Source: an uncultured Alphaproteobacteria bacterium (GTDB lineage Bacteria > Pseudomonadota > Alphaproteobacteria > UBA6615). From it: DNA of 64,000 nt. The notes below the pieces were generated by a model, which did no database searches, had not been told where the DNA came from, and saw only the letters and a list, made by a program, of their open reading frames with translations. The translations under genes and the position numbers were made by a program. Positions 29,546 through 38,378 of the stretch are shown here, piece by piece; within the stretch, counting starts at the first letter, position 1; every line of letters begins with the position of its first letter. Location of the stretch: positions 162,151-226,150 of the forward strand of contig CAXYDO010000002.1 in assembly GCA_964276015.1 (NCBI GenBank), given 5' to 3'.

Positions 29546-29682
29546 ACCAACTTCCTCCCCTCATTCTGTTGGTCCCACCATAGCATCAACGAAATATGCG
29601 GCCTAGCGTCGGCACAACGGGCGGTTCATTCCAAAACACCACCATGCCCGAGCCTGATCGCTAGTTCTATGGCAGACTGAGC

Positions 29683-29701
29683 CCTCATGCTGAGCATGAG
29701 G
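29683..29701. promoter_or_regulatory. Perfect inverted repeat CCTCATGCT-g-AGCATGAGG between divergent genes. Related CCTCA...TGAGG palindromes occur at 28063..28077 and 28096..28108.
   Basis: Read directly. Three copies of the CCTCA/TGAGG arm motif bracket the FAD-oxidoreductase gene. Confidence 0.35.
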
Positions 29702-29726
29702 ATGTTTTTAAGATACGCGGAGAAAC

Positions 29727-30854
29727 ATGATGCCCGGTGCATTGGACGGAATTCTGGTGGTGAGTGTCGAACAGGCGGTCGCCGCCCCCTACGCCTCGTC
29801 GCGACTGGCCGACGGCGGCGCGCGCGTGATCAAGGTCGAACGCCCGGACGGGGATTTCGCCCGGGATTATGACCGGGTCGCCAAAGGGCAAAGCGCCTAT
29901 TTCGTCTGGCTTAACCGGGGCAAGGAATCCCTCGCGCTCGACATCAAGGATCCTGACGATGCCGCCCTACTCCATCGGATGGTGGAAAAGGCCGATGTGT
30001 TTATTCAAAACCTGTCGCCTGGTGCCGCCGCCCGCGCCGGGTTCGGGTCCACCGAACTACGCCTCAAGTTCCCGCGCCTGATTACCTGCGACATCTCCGG
30101 TTATGGTGAAGAGGGTCCCTATCGGGATATGCGCGCCTATGACCTGCTCGTACAGGCCGAAAGCGCATTGTGCGAGGTCACTGGAACACCTGACGGCCCG
30201 GGGCGCGTGGGCGTGTCCGTATGTGATATCGCGTGCGGCATGGCGGTCCATGCGGCGATCCTCGAAGCCCTGTTTCATCGTGAGCGCACCGGTGAAGGTC
30301 GCGCCATCGCATCATCCCTTTTTGATGGCATGGCCGACTGGATGAACGTGCCTTATCTGCACGAAGTCTACGGCGGGAAAGCCCCCGAACGGGCCGGACT
30401 GCACCATCCCTCCATCGCACCTTACGGTGCCTACTCGACCGGCGACAGCAAGCAGGTCGTCTTCGCGATCCAGAACCAGCGTGAATGGGCGCGGCTTTGC
30501 GATGCCGTGCTGCAACTCCCCGGTCTCGCCAGCCACAAGCTGTTTCACGACAATGTCGCACGGGTAGAGAACCGGCCGGATCTTGATGCGGAAATCGACA
30601 GAGTTTTCACCGCGCTGTCACGTGCCGAGGTCGTTACCCGGTTGAGAGAAGCAAAGATCGCATACGGCGCGGTCAACAACGTGGCGGACTTCGCCGCCCA
30701 TCCTCAACTGCGCACGGTCACCCTCGATACTCCGGAGGGCGATCTGGTCGTCATTGCGCCGCCGGCCATGATAGACGATGAACCGGCACAATTGGGCGTT
30801 GTTCCCGCGCTTGATGCCGACGGCTCAGACATTCGCCGCGAGTTTTCAGCTTAG
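29727..30854 (+). CDS. CoA-transferase family III (CaiB/BaiF-type) protein, second copy.
   Basis: 375 aa, with ...ALDGILVVSVEQAVAAPYASSRLADGGARVIKVERP... Confidence 0.9.
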   Translation: MMPGALDGILVVSVEQAVAAPYASSRLADGGARVIKVERPDGDFARDYDRVAKGQSAYFVWLNRGKESLALDIKDPDDAALLHRMVEKADVFIQNLSPGAAARAGFGSTELRLKFPRLITCDISGYGEEGPYRDMRAYDLLVQAESALCEVTGTPDGPGRVGVSVCDIACGMAVHAAILEALFHRERTGEGRAIASSLFDGMADWMNVPYLHEVYGGKAPERAGLHHPSIAPYGAYSTGDSKQVVFAIQNQREWARLCDAVLQLPGLASHKLFHDNVARVENRPDLDAEIDRVFTALSRAEVVTRLREAKIAYGAVNNVADFAAHPQLRTVTLDTPEGDLVVIAPPAMIDDEPAQLGVVPALDADGSDIRREFSA

Positions 30855-30856
30855 TT

Positions 30857-31264
30857 TCAGCTGGCGACCAGCCCGATGACTATTCCCTGAATCGCAAACA
30901 CGCCCAACCAGTGACCCGCATCGATGATGGAGTGGGACCAGGTCGAACGCTGGAAGCCATGGTTGATGAGCATGGTGGTGAGTACGAAACCAAACCAGAG
31001 GGTGACCGCCATTTTTAGGCCACCGGACAACGACACGTCACCCAGACTGACCATCAAATGCATCAGCACATAGGCGATGATCAGCTGGCCGACGATGACG
31101 ATCACATAGAGCAATGGGCCCGCGCCAGCCTTGACCTCTTCCTCGGTCTTGCCGATCGCGGCCATCCAGGGCTTGTTGAGCGTGATGTACCACGCGGCGC
31201 TGAACACATAGCCAGCGACAAACGACACGATCAGTGCCAGCCAGTCAACATTTCCAAACTGCAT
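30857..31264 (-). CDS. Small integral membrane protein (DUF1761-like, 4 TM).
   Basis: 135 aa from the ATG at 31262-31264 with RBS ggagat. Hydrophobic throughout. Confidence 0.65.
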   Translation of the reverse strand: MQFGNVDWLALIVSFVAGYVFSAAWYITLNKPWMAAIGKTEEEVKAGAGPLLYVIVIVGQLIIAYVLMHLMVSLGDVSLSGGLKMAVTLWFGFVLTTMLINHGFQRSTWSHSIIDAGHWLGVFAIQGIVIGLVAS

Positions 31265-31274
31265 GGCTATCTCC

Positions 31275-32315
31275 TCAGTCGAGAGTGGGATCAATCACAA
31301 CCTTGCCAATGCCCGCGTTGCTCTCCACGCGGGCTTGTGCGGCCACCGCCTCGCTAAGCGGGAACACATCATCAATGAGAGCCTTCACGCCGCCCTCACC
31401 TGCCCGGGCGAAGGCCGCCTGAAGACCACCGGGCGCCTCGCGGGGTTCGCCGATGATCTGGAGCTGGTGCAGGTAGAGATAGCGCACATCGAGCGGTACA
31501 TCGGCGGCCCCCGACGCATTGCCCGCCGTAACCAGTTTCGCGCCCCGCGCCATGGCATGGATCACTTTGGGGAATTGCTCCGGATCGGCGACGCTGTCGC
31601 ACACGCCATTGACGCCCTGCCCGTCGGTGAGCTTGCGCGCTTCCGCAGTCAGGTCCTGCTTGCGGTAGTTAATGACATGGTCGGCCCCGATGGACAGGCA
31701 GGCTTGCGCCTTTTCGTCGGACCCTGCGCCCCCGATTACCTTCGCACCGGCCCATTTGGCAGCCTGGATACAGGCCGCGCCGAGGCCACCGGTGGCCCCC
31801 ATCACCAACACCCAGTCGCCCTCCTTGATTTGGAGCACATTTTCGACCTGGTTCGCGGCGGTGGCGAGGTGACGGCCGATCACGGTCGCCTCGTGGAAAC
31901 CCAGATTGTCGGGGATCAGGATCGTGCGCGCCGCGTTACTGCGCACATACTGAGCATAGCCGCCCCAGATCGTCACGCCGAGGAAGTCCACCGGACCGAG
32001 ACCGGGGATAGACATATAGGGATCGGGCTTATCTGTTGGCTGAAACAGGCTGCAGAACACCCGGTCGCCAACCTTGCGATCGGAGACATTCTCGCCCACG
32101 GCCTTGATCACTCCCGACGGGTCGACACCAAGGATATGGGGCAGTTCGGGCTGGTGTGCGTAGGTCCCCTCGCGGAGATAGATATCAAAAGTTCGATTCA
32201 CCGACACCGCGCGGACTTCCACCAGAACATCGTCGAGACCCAGTTCGGGCGTGTCGATATCCTGATAGGACAGGACATCCGTTCCCCCGAACTTCGTCAT
32301 CACCATAGCCTTCAT
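31275..32315 (-). CDS. Zinc-binding alcohol dehydrogenase / quinone oxidoreductase (MDR superfamily).
   Basis: 346 aa, with GroES-like N-domain and Rossmann motif GATGGLGAACIQAAKWAGAKVIG. Confidence 0.85.
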   Translation of the reverse strand: MKAMVMTKFGGTDVLSYQDIDTPELGLDDVLVEVRAVSVNRTFDIYLREGTYAHQPELPHILGVDPSGVIKAVGENVSDRKVGDRVFCSLFQPTDKPDPYMSIPGLGPVDFLGVTIWGGYAQYVRSNAARTILIPDNLGFHEATVIGRHLATAANQVENVLQIKEGDWVLVMGATGGLGAACIQAAKWAGAKVIGGAGSDEKAQACLSIGADHVINYRKQDLTAEARKLTDGQGVNGVCDSVADPEQFPKVIHAMARGAKLVTAGNASGAADVPLDVRYLYLHQLQIIGEPREAPGGLQAAFARAGEGGVKALIDDVFPLSEAVAAQARVESNAGIGKVVIDPTLD

Positions 32316-32342
32316 GATTTTCTCTCCTTGGCGTCATTCTGT

Positions 32343-32657
32343 TTATTCTTTCCGCATAAGCGGTTTTGCAAAACTTAGTTCGTGTCCATCCGGATCAACC
32401 AGATGAAAATAGCGCTCACCCCAGTCGGCATCGCGCGGCTCGAATTCCGGCTCCAGCCCAGCCGCAACGGTTCGTGCATGCATCCCGTCCACGTCATTGA
32501 CGTAAAAGATAGCCCGGCCCCACCAGCGAAACACGCCGGGCCGGGCAATGATATTGAGAAAACTCCCGCCCGCCTGGAAGCTGGTCAGCCGCGCATCGGG
32601 ACCACCATGAACAATATCGAACCCCAGCGCGGTGTAGAACGCTATGGCGACCCGCAT
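32343..32657 (-). CDS. VOC (glyoxalase/bleomycin-resistance/dioxygenase) family protein. The start codon is uncertain.
   Basis: 104 aa from the ATG at 32657. The first beta-strand and DLxxSxxFY motif (...SAVTLATRD-MRVAIAFYTALGF) are encoded in frame upstream, where there is no ATG/GTG/TTG before the upstream gene's stop at 32711. Confidence 0.6.
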   Translation of the reverse strand: MRVAIAFYTALGFDIVHGGPDARLTSFQAGGSFLNIIARPGVFRWWGRAIFYVNDVDGMHARTVAAGLEPEFEPRDADWGERYFHLVDPDGHELSFAKPLMRKE

Positions 32658-32710
32658 ATCGCGGGTCGCCAGCGTTACCGCGCTGAGGGATTCGACTTTT
32701 GCGTCTGACG

Positions 32711-33733
32711 TCAGCCCACCTTCTCCGGTTGGCCGGTCTCGGCTGATTTGATGATGGCTTCCATCACCGCAATACCGTGGATGACGTCGGCATCGGGCAC
32801 CGGATAAACTGCCCCGCCCGTACAGGCCTGAGCGAAGGCTTCTAACTCCGCATTGACCATGTCGAAACCGGAGAAATCCTTGGATTGCGCTTCGATCTTG
32901 CCCGTCGCACCGGTGATCGGACCGTCGCCATTGGGAACGAATTCGAAGGACGACAAGTCCGGCTTGCGGATCTCGAAAGAGCCGCCCAGGCCATAACCCT
33001 GAACCCGGAAGCTCGGCGCGGTCGCCAGCATGTTGGCGAGGTAACCCGACATACCGTTTTTCATCCGGAATAGGATCGACGTGGTGTCGTCCGTGTGATT
33101 AGGCACGGCGCGGCGGAAGGACTGGCAATAGACCTCGTCGATCTTGCCGAACAGGTTAATATAGACGTCGATTACATGGACACCCATGGGGGTCAGACCG
33201 CCAGCCGGAGTTTCGTTCTTGTCGGCGCGCCACGCATCCTTGGCGAGGAACATGCCGTTCGGCGCGCACATGGTGCCTTCCACATGCATCAGCGTACCCA
33301 TGGTGCCGTCATCGACCAGCTTTTTGGCTTCCGCGATAGACGGGTGGAACCGGCGGTTGAACCCGACGGCGCAGACGACGCCCGCATCCTTGCACGCGGC
33401 AATAGCCGCTTCGGCATCAGCCGTGGTCAGGGTGATCGGCTTTTCACAGAAGACGTGTTTGCCGGCAGCAGCTGCCGCCTGGATCTGACCCAGATGGGCC
33501 GAATGCGGTGTCGCCAGAACAACCGCGTCGATCGAATCATCGCGCAACAAATCATCATAATTGTCGACGAGGGTGATGCCTTTTCCGTCGGCGAATTCCT
33601 CCGCCTTGGACTTGGTGCGCGTCACGCCATGGGTAAACTTGATCACATCGGACTTGTCCTGGACCGAATTCACCAGGACCTGACCCCACCAACCAAGACC
33701 GACAATTGCTGCATTGACCATTCTTTTCCCCAT
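32711..33733 (-). CDS. Gfo/Idh/MocA family oxidoreductase.
   Basis: 340 aa. N-terminal Rossmann motif (AIVGLGWWGQ), the EKP motif, and a C-terminal alpha/beta domain. Confidence 0.85.
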   Translation of the reverse strand: MGKRMVNAAIVGLGWWGQVLVNSVQDKSDVIKFTHGVTRTKSKAEEFADGKGITLVDNYDDLLRDDSIDAVVLATPHSAHLGQIQAAAAAGKHVFCEKPITLTTADAEAAIAACKDAGVVCAVGFNRRFHPSIAEAKKLVDDGTMGTLMHVEGTMCAPNGMFLAKDAWRADKNETPAGGLTPMGVHVIDVYINLFGKIDEVYCQSFRRAVPNHTDDTTSILFRMKNGMSGYLANMLATAPSFRVQGYGLGGSFEIRKPDLSSFEFVPNGDGPITGATGKIEAQSKDFSGFDMVNAELEAFAQACTGGAVYPVPDADVIHGIAVMEAIIKSAETGQPEKVG

Positions 33734-33962
33734 TATCCCTGAGTTTCAACGTGCTTTTGATACCCGCATAATAGAATGCTGCGACACAAGAGTCTGCGCG
33801 TTTCAGGGGCTGGTCGGGAGAAAATGCGGGCGGATAAATATGGCTCTACAGGTCGCAGATGCGTTTCCATCGCGGGTATGTTGTCGCGCCGACGCTGTAG
33901 GCTCCTTCGTTATGCCCGGTTATACTTTCGCCAATCCAACCAACACACTAGGGGGAAAGATT

Positions 33963-34889
33963 ATGGGTTTACGGGTCGGCGTCTGCGGATTGGGAATTAT
34001 GGGAGGGGCCTTTGCGGGCAACCTCCTCAAAAATGGTTTTGAAGTCACCGGGTTCGACCCGGTCAAAACCAAGGTCAACGCCCTGGTAAAAGCTGGCGGC
34101 AATGCCGGAAAAAGTGCCGCCGATGTGGCAAGCAGGTCAGATGTGGTGATCACCTCCCTCACCTCGGCGGCCATCCTTGATGCGGTGATCGCCGGCAAGG
34201 ACGGACTTATAGCGGGTGCCCATAAGGGCCTGATCGTGCTCGAAACCTCCACACTAGATATTGAAGACAAGGAACGGGCCCGCGCGGCGCTCTCCAACCG
34301 CGGCGCGATCCTGATGGACAGTCCGGTCAGTGGTGCCGGCAAGCAGGCTGCCACCGGCGAGATCACGATCATGGTCAGCGGTGCGAAGAAGGATTTCAAC
34401 ACGGTCAAGCCGATGCTCGAAGGCTTCAGCATGCTGCAGTATCACGTAGGACCGTTCGGCGATGGCATGAAGCTGAAGATGCTGATTAACATGCTGATCA
34501 GCGTCCACGGGGCGGCGTTTGCCGAGGCAATCACCCTGGCGCGTCTTTCGGGCGTCGACCTCAAGGTTTTTGGTGAGGTCCTGAAGAAATCAGCCGGTAA
34601 TTCCCGGGTGATCGAGTATCGCGGCCCGCTGATGTTGGCAGACGAATACGCAGACCCCAAGGTCAAGACGGCGGATCTCACCGTGATGATCAAGGATAAC
34701 AACCTGATCGAGCAATACGCCAAGGACAACAACGCTCCGGTACCGGCATTCCTGTCCAGCATGCCGACGGCCTATGCCGCGCTGGCTCAGGGATACGGTA
34801 GCGAGGATCCCGGCGTTGTGACCCGCATCTACGAACAGATGGCCGGCATCCCGCGCAAGAAGCGCGCGCCGACAAAACGGAAGAAGTAA
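33963..34889 (+). CDS. NAD(P)-dependent oxidoreductase of the 3-hydroxyisobutyrate dehydrogenase (HIBADH) / beta-hydroxyacid dehydrogenase family.
   Basis: 308 aa from the ATG at 33963 with RBS gggggaaag (MGLRVGVCGLGIMGGAFAGNLLKNGFEVTGFD...). The track ORF from 33714 is an upstream extension across the divergent promoter. Confidence 0.85.
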   Translation: MGLRVGVCGLGIMGGAFAGNLLKNGFEVTGFDPVKTKVNALVKAGGNAGKSAADVASRSDVVITSLTSAAILDAVIAGKDGLIAGAHKGLIVLETSTLDIEDKERARAALSNRGAILMDSPVSGAGKQAATGEITIMVSGAKKDFNTVKPMLEGFSMLQYHVGPFGDGMKLKMLINMLISVHGAAFAEAITLARLSGVDLKVFGEVLKKSAGNSRVIEYRGPLMLADEYADPKVKTADLTVMIKDNNLIEQYAKDNNAPVPAFLSSMPTAYAALAQGYGSEDPGVVTRIYEQMAGIPRKKRAPTKRKK

Positions 34890-35761
34890 TGGCGTTCAAT
34901 ACCGGCGTTATCGGGCTCGGGAATATCGGCGGCGGCGTGGCCAAAAACCTCGCTGCCGCCAGCCATGCCGTCATCGGTTACGACACCGACGCCTCTCGCA
35001 TCACCGATGCCGGAGTCGAAGAAGCTGTGGACGCATCCGATGTGGCTTTTCGGACCGATCTCGTGGTTCTCGCAGTACCCACCCTGCCCGCATGGCGCGC
35101 CACCCTGGCCGCAATTGCGGCCAACGGTCGCCGCGGTCTGATCGTCGTCGACCTCTGCACCTTCCCCCTCGCCGAAAAGAAAACTGCCCATGAAGAGCTC
35201 ACCCGGTCGGGCATTTACCTTCTCGACTGCCCCGTGAGCGGTGCGCGTCCCCAGGCGCAATCCGGAGAACTCGCCATGCTGGTCAGCGGCGATGAGGATG
35301 CCTTCGCCCGCGCCACACCGGCACTGGAAAGCTTCTGTTGCAGCGTCCGCCATGTTGGGACCTATGGTGAATCCACCAAGATCAAATTTGTCATCAACTT
35401 GATGATCTCGATCCACAACATGGCCTGCGCCGAAGCATTCCTGCTGGCCCGCAAGGCCGGCCTCGACCTGCAACAGATGTCCGACGCGGTCATGGACAGC
35501 GCGGCATATTCGAAGATATTCGAGACCCGTGCTGACAAATGGATCAGCGGCGACTACGACGATCCGACGGCGGAACTGGCTATCCAGCTCAAGGACAAGA
35601 ACATCATCCGGGACTTCGCCGAAGGGCTGGACTGCCCGACCCCGATGTTCGATGCGGCCATGCCCTACTACATCGCTGCCGGTTCGCAGGGCCGCAAAAA
35701 GCAGGACGCGGCCTCCATCCTCGCTGTGCTCGAAGCGATGGCCGGAATCCCACGCGAGTGA
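34889..35761 (+). CDS. HIBADH-family NAD(P)-dependent oxidoreductase, tandem paralogue.
   Basis: 290 aa (MAFNTGVIGLGNIGGGVAKNL...). TAATG stop/start overlap with the upstream paralogue. Confidence 0.85.
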   Translation: MAFNTGVIGLGNIGGGVAKNLAAASHAVIGYDTDASRITDAGVEEAVDASDVAFRTDLVVLAVPTLPAWRATLAAIAANGRRGLIVVDLCTFPLAEKKTAHEELTRSGIYLLDCPVSGARPQAQSGELAMLVSGDEDAFARATPALESFCCSVRHVGTYGESTKIKFVINLMISIHNMACAEAFLLARKAGLDLQQMSDAVMDSAAYSKIFETRADKWISGDYDDPTAELAIQLKDKNIIRDFAEGLDCPTPMFDAAMPYYIAAGSQGRKKQDAASILAVLEAMAGIPRE

Positions 35762-35930
35762 CCCGGGTTCTGCTGATCGGATCTGCCCCCACCTTCAGGA
35801 CCGACAATCGCGCGCCCCCTCACAGTTCCGTTAGAACAGGTCGTCTACGATCGTTCGCTGAGGCGATACTTGGCTTTGACCGCCACCAGCACCCCACCTA
35901 TGATCAAGCCGACAAATAAGGGAACGAACC

Positions 35931-36626
35931 ATGACTGTGAAATACCACCTGATCAGCTCGTTTACGTGACCATGGGTCCAGCGCGCCGTGATCCTCTTGC
36001 GTGCCAAGGAAATTGAGTTCGATGTCACCTATATCAACCTGCTCGACAAGCCCGAGTGGTTTCTGGAAATATCACCTCACGGGAAAGTCCCGGTGCTCAA
36101 GGTGGGTGAAGAAATTCTGTTTGAATCCAATGCGATTGCGGAGTATCTCGACGAAGTGGTGCCGCCACGCCTCCACCCCGAAGACCCGCTCGAACGAGCC
36201 AAGAACCGGGCCTGGACCGATTTCGTGCTGACCTTCTCGAGCGCCATAAGCTCGATCCATTACTCCAAGACCAAAGAGGACATGGAGACCGCCGTCGCCA
36301 ATGTGCAGGACAAGCTTGCCAAGGTTGAAGCCGCACTCGCCGGACGCGGCAATGATGGCCCGTACTTCAATGGGCCTGAACTGGCCCTGGTCGATGCTGC
36401 TTATGCCCCTTTCCTGCAACGCTACACCTTCGTCGATAAGGTTCTGAACAACGATGTGTTGAAGGACTACCAGCTGATCAAGGCCTGGGCTGACACTCTG
36501 CTGTCAGACCCCCGGGTCACAGGCGCCGTCCCAGACAACTTCGAGGACGAGTTCGTCGCCGGCATCAAGCGCCGGGAAGTGTACGCCGCACAGTTCTTCA
36601 ACGACGCCAGCGCGGCGGCTGAATAG
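35931..36626 (+). CDS. Glutathione S-transferase, omega-like (CPF/CPW-type thioredoxin-fold N-domain), with an in-frame TGA at 35967..35969 at the catalytic cysteine position. It is either a selenocysteine-candidate protein or a nonsense pseudogene. Conservative alternative: GTG start at 35988.
   Basis: The ATG at 35931 has a good RBS (aaggga). The reading frame is MTVKYHLISSFT-[TGA]-PWVQRAVILLRAKEIEFDV...NLLDKPEWFLEISPHGKVPVLK. This aligns residue for residue with GSTO-type ...[21 protein letters not shown]...NKPEWFF..VPVL, with the TGA on the Cys of the CPF motif. Confidence 0.5.
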
Positions 36627-36629
36627 CCG

Positions 36630-37322
36630 TTGGCCGATAACGATAATCCCGGTGGCTATCGTCCCGGCGATCCGCGCTACGGATTGTCGGGGCAAACCCT
36701 GAGGGATTATTACCTTTCACTCCCCGCGCAGTTCTACGTCCGAAGCCTCTACCAGCCCGACAGTTTGCATCTACGTGACGCGGCGATGGAAGCCCATCTC
36801 GCCCATGTGCGCAGCTACGCCGAGCACATTCAGTTCGCCGGACCGTTTCTGTCTGATGACGGCGGAACACCTCTTGGCACCATGGCGGTCATCAACCTAC
36901 CGGATCGGAGCGCCGCCGAGGCTTATATTGCCGCTGACGGTTTCGCGAAGGCCGGCATGCTGCAGGCCCCCAACACCATCCGCTTCATGAGCAGTAAACG
37001 CCTGACCCAGGCGGACCGGGCCCCTGATCCAGAACTTCAAATGTTCGTCTGCGAGTGCCTTGATGGCCCAAACGCAGCTGCCTTGCGAAAGCAAAGTGCG
37101 GCCGCCCACCACACCTATCAGGGTACGATTATCGACAAATATATCGCGCACGGTCCGTTGCGCAGCGATGACGGGGTTGATTTGCTGGGAAGCCTCTTCA
37201 TCCTCGAAGTCGCCGACCGAGCCGCTGCCGAAGCATTGGTTGCCAATGAACCCATGAACGCCGCCGGCGTGTTCGGCGAAATCAACATCTATCGCTGGCG
37301 CTACGGGAAATCCCTCGCCTAG
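36630..37322 (+). CDS. YciI-like (Dabb-fold) protein with two tandem YciI domains.
   Basis: 230 aa from the TTG at 36630; the start is uncertain. Each half matches the YciI pattern (...AGPFLSDDGGTPLGTMAVINLPDRSAAEAYIAADGFAKAG... and ...HGPLRSDDGVDLLGSLFILEVADRAAAEALVANEPMNAAG...). Confidence 0.6.
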   Translation: MADNDNPGGYRPGDPRYGLSGQTLRDYYLSLPAQFYVRSLYQPDSLHLRDAAMEAHLAHVRSYAEHIQFAGPFLSDDGGTPLGTMAVINLPDRSAAEAYIAADGFAKAGMLQAPNTIRFMSSKRLTQADRAPDPELQMFVCECLDGPNAAALRKQSAAAHHTYQGTIIDKYIAHGPLRSDDGVDLLGSLFILEVADRAAAEALVANEPMNAAGVFGEINIYRWRYGKSLA

Positions 37323-37335
37323 GCAGGAGGTCCGC

Positions 37336-38364
37336 ATGGACAAGAAAATCGCGATTCTTGGATCGGGGGCCAACGGAACGGCGATCGGGGTCGACCTGAT
37401 CCGGGCCGGGCTCGATGTCACCCTGATCGATCAATGGCCAGCTCATGTGGAAGCTCTGCGCGCAAACGGGGCCGTCATCAATCTTCCTGACGAAACCATC
37501 ACCCAGGCGGTCGATGCGTATCATCTGTGCGACGTCGCCACCTTCACCAAACCTTTCGACGTCGTCCTGATGTTGTTCAAGGCCTATGACACAGCTTGGG
37601 CAGCGCGGCTGATCGAACCTTATCTGGCCGAAGGCGGGCTCCTCGTCGGGGTTCAGAACGGGATGAGCTATGCCGCCATGGTGGAAGCCGTCGGCGTGAA
37701 ACGGGCCATGGGCTGTGTCATCGAAGTCGCCTCGGAGCTCCACGAACCAGGAATCATCAAACGCTCATCCCCAATCGACGGCGGCTCCTGGTTTGCAGTG
37801 GGCAGCGCCGATCCGGCGACAGCGGGACGCGAGCAGGAAGTCGCAGAAATTCTCGGTCACGCCGGTGTGGTGGAAATCTCTGACGACATCCTCGGCGCGA
37901 AATGGATGAAGCTGGTTAGCAACGCCATGACCCTCGCGACGACCGCATTGGTGGGCCTGCCCATCGACGAAGCAGTTGAACTGCCGGGGATGCGTGATCT
38001 GATGCTCAAGGCGGGCGCGGAGGCACTGGCGGCCGGCGACGTACGCGGCCATCCGGTCAAGCCGATCTTTGGGTTAAAGCCCGAAGATATTGAGAACACC
38101 AACCAGTTGCTTGAATTGCTGCACGAGAAACTGATGTCGTTCACCCGCCCCGATACCCGGACAACGGTTCTGATGGATCACATGAAGGGCCGTCAGAGCG
38201 AGACCAATGACGTAAACGGCCTGGTTGCAGAAACGCTCACCCAATCGGGCAAAATGGCGCCCGCAAACGCTGCGATTGTCACCATTACAGAGCAGATTAA
38301 ACGCGGTGAAATCGAACCTGATCCGTCCAATCTCGCATTAATCCGAGAGCTGGTCGTAATCTGA
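37336..38364 (+). CDS. Ketopantoate reductase family protein (2-dehydropantoate 2-reductase, PanE/ApbA-like).
   Basis: 342 aa. MDKKIAILGSGANGTAIGVDL Rossmann N-terminus and the ApbA C-terminal domain. Confidence 0.85.
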   Translation: MDKKIAILGSGANGTAIGVDLIRAGLDVTLIDQWPAHVEALRANGAVINLPDETITQAVDAYHLCDVATFTKPFDVVLMLFKAYDTAWAARLIEPYLAEGGLLVGVQNGMSYAAMVEAVGVKRAMGCVIEVASELHEPGIIKRSSPIDGGSWFAVGSADPATAGREQEVAEILGHAGVVEISDDILGAKWMKLVSNAMTLATTALVGLPIDEAVELPGMRDLMLKAGAEALAAGDVRGHPVKPIFGLKPEDIENTNQLLELLHEKLMSFTRPDTRTTVLMDHMKGRQSETNDVNGLVAETLTQSGKMAPANAAIVTITEQIKRGEIEPDPSNLALIRELVVI

Positions 38365-38378
38365 ATTCAGGCAGGTCC

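Noticed and set aside
35967-36030. Canonical bacterial SECIS hairpin immediately downstream of the in-frame TGA of the GST.
   Set aside because: Only weak candidate stems were found by eye (GGGUC/GAUCC at +5/+21, UCCU/AGGA at +23/+38). Nothing matches the fdhF-type consensus convincingly. This is recorded as unresolved rather than claimed.
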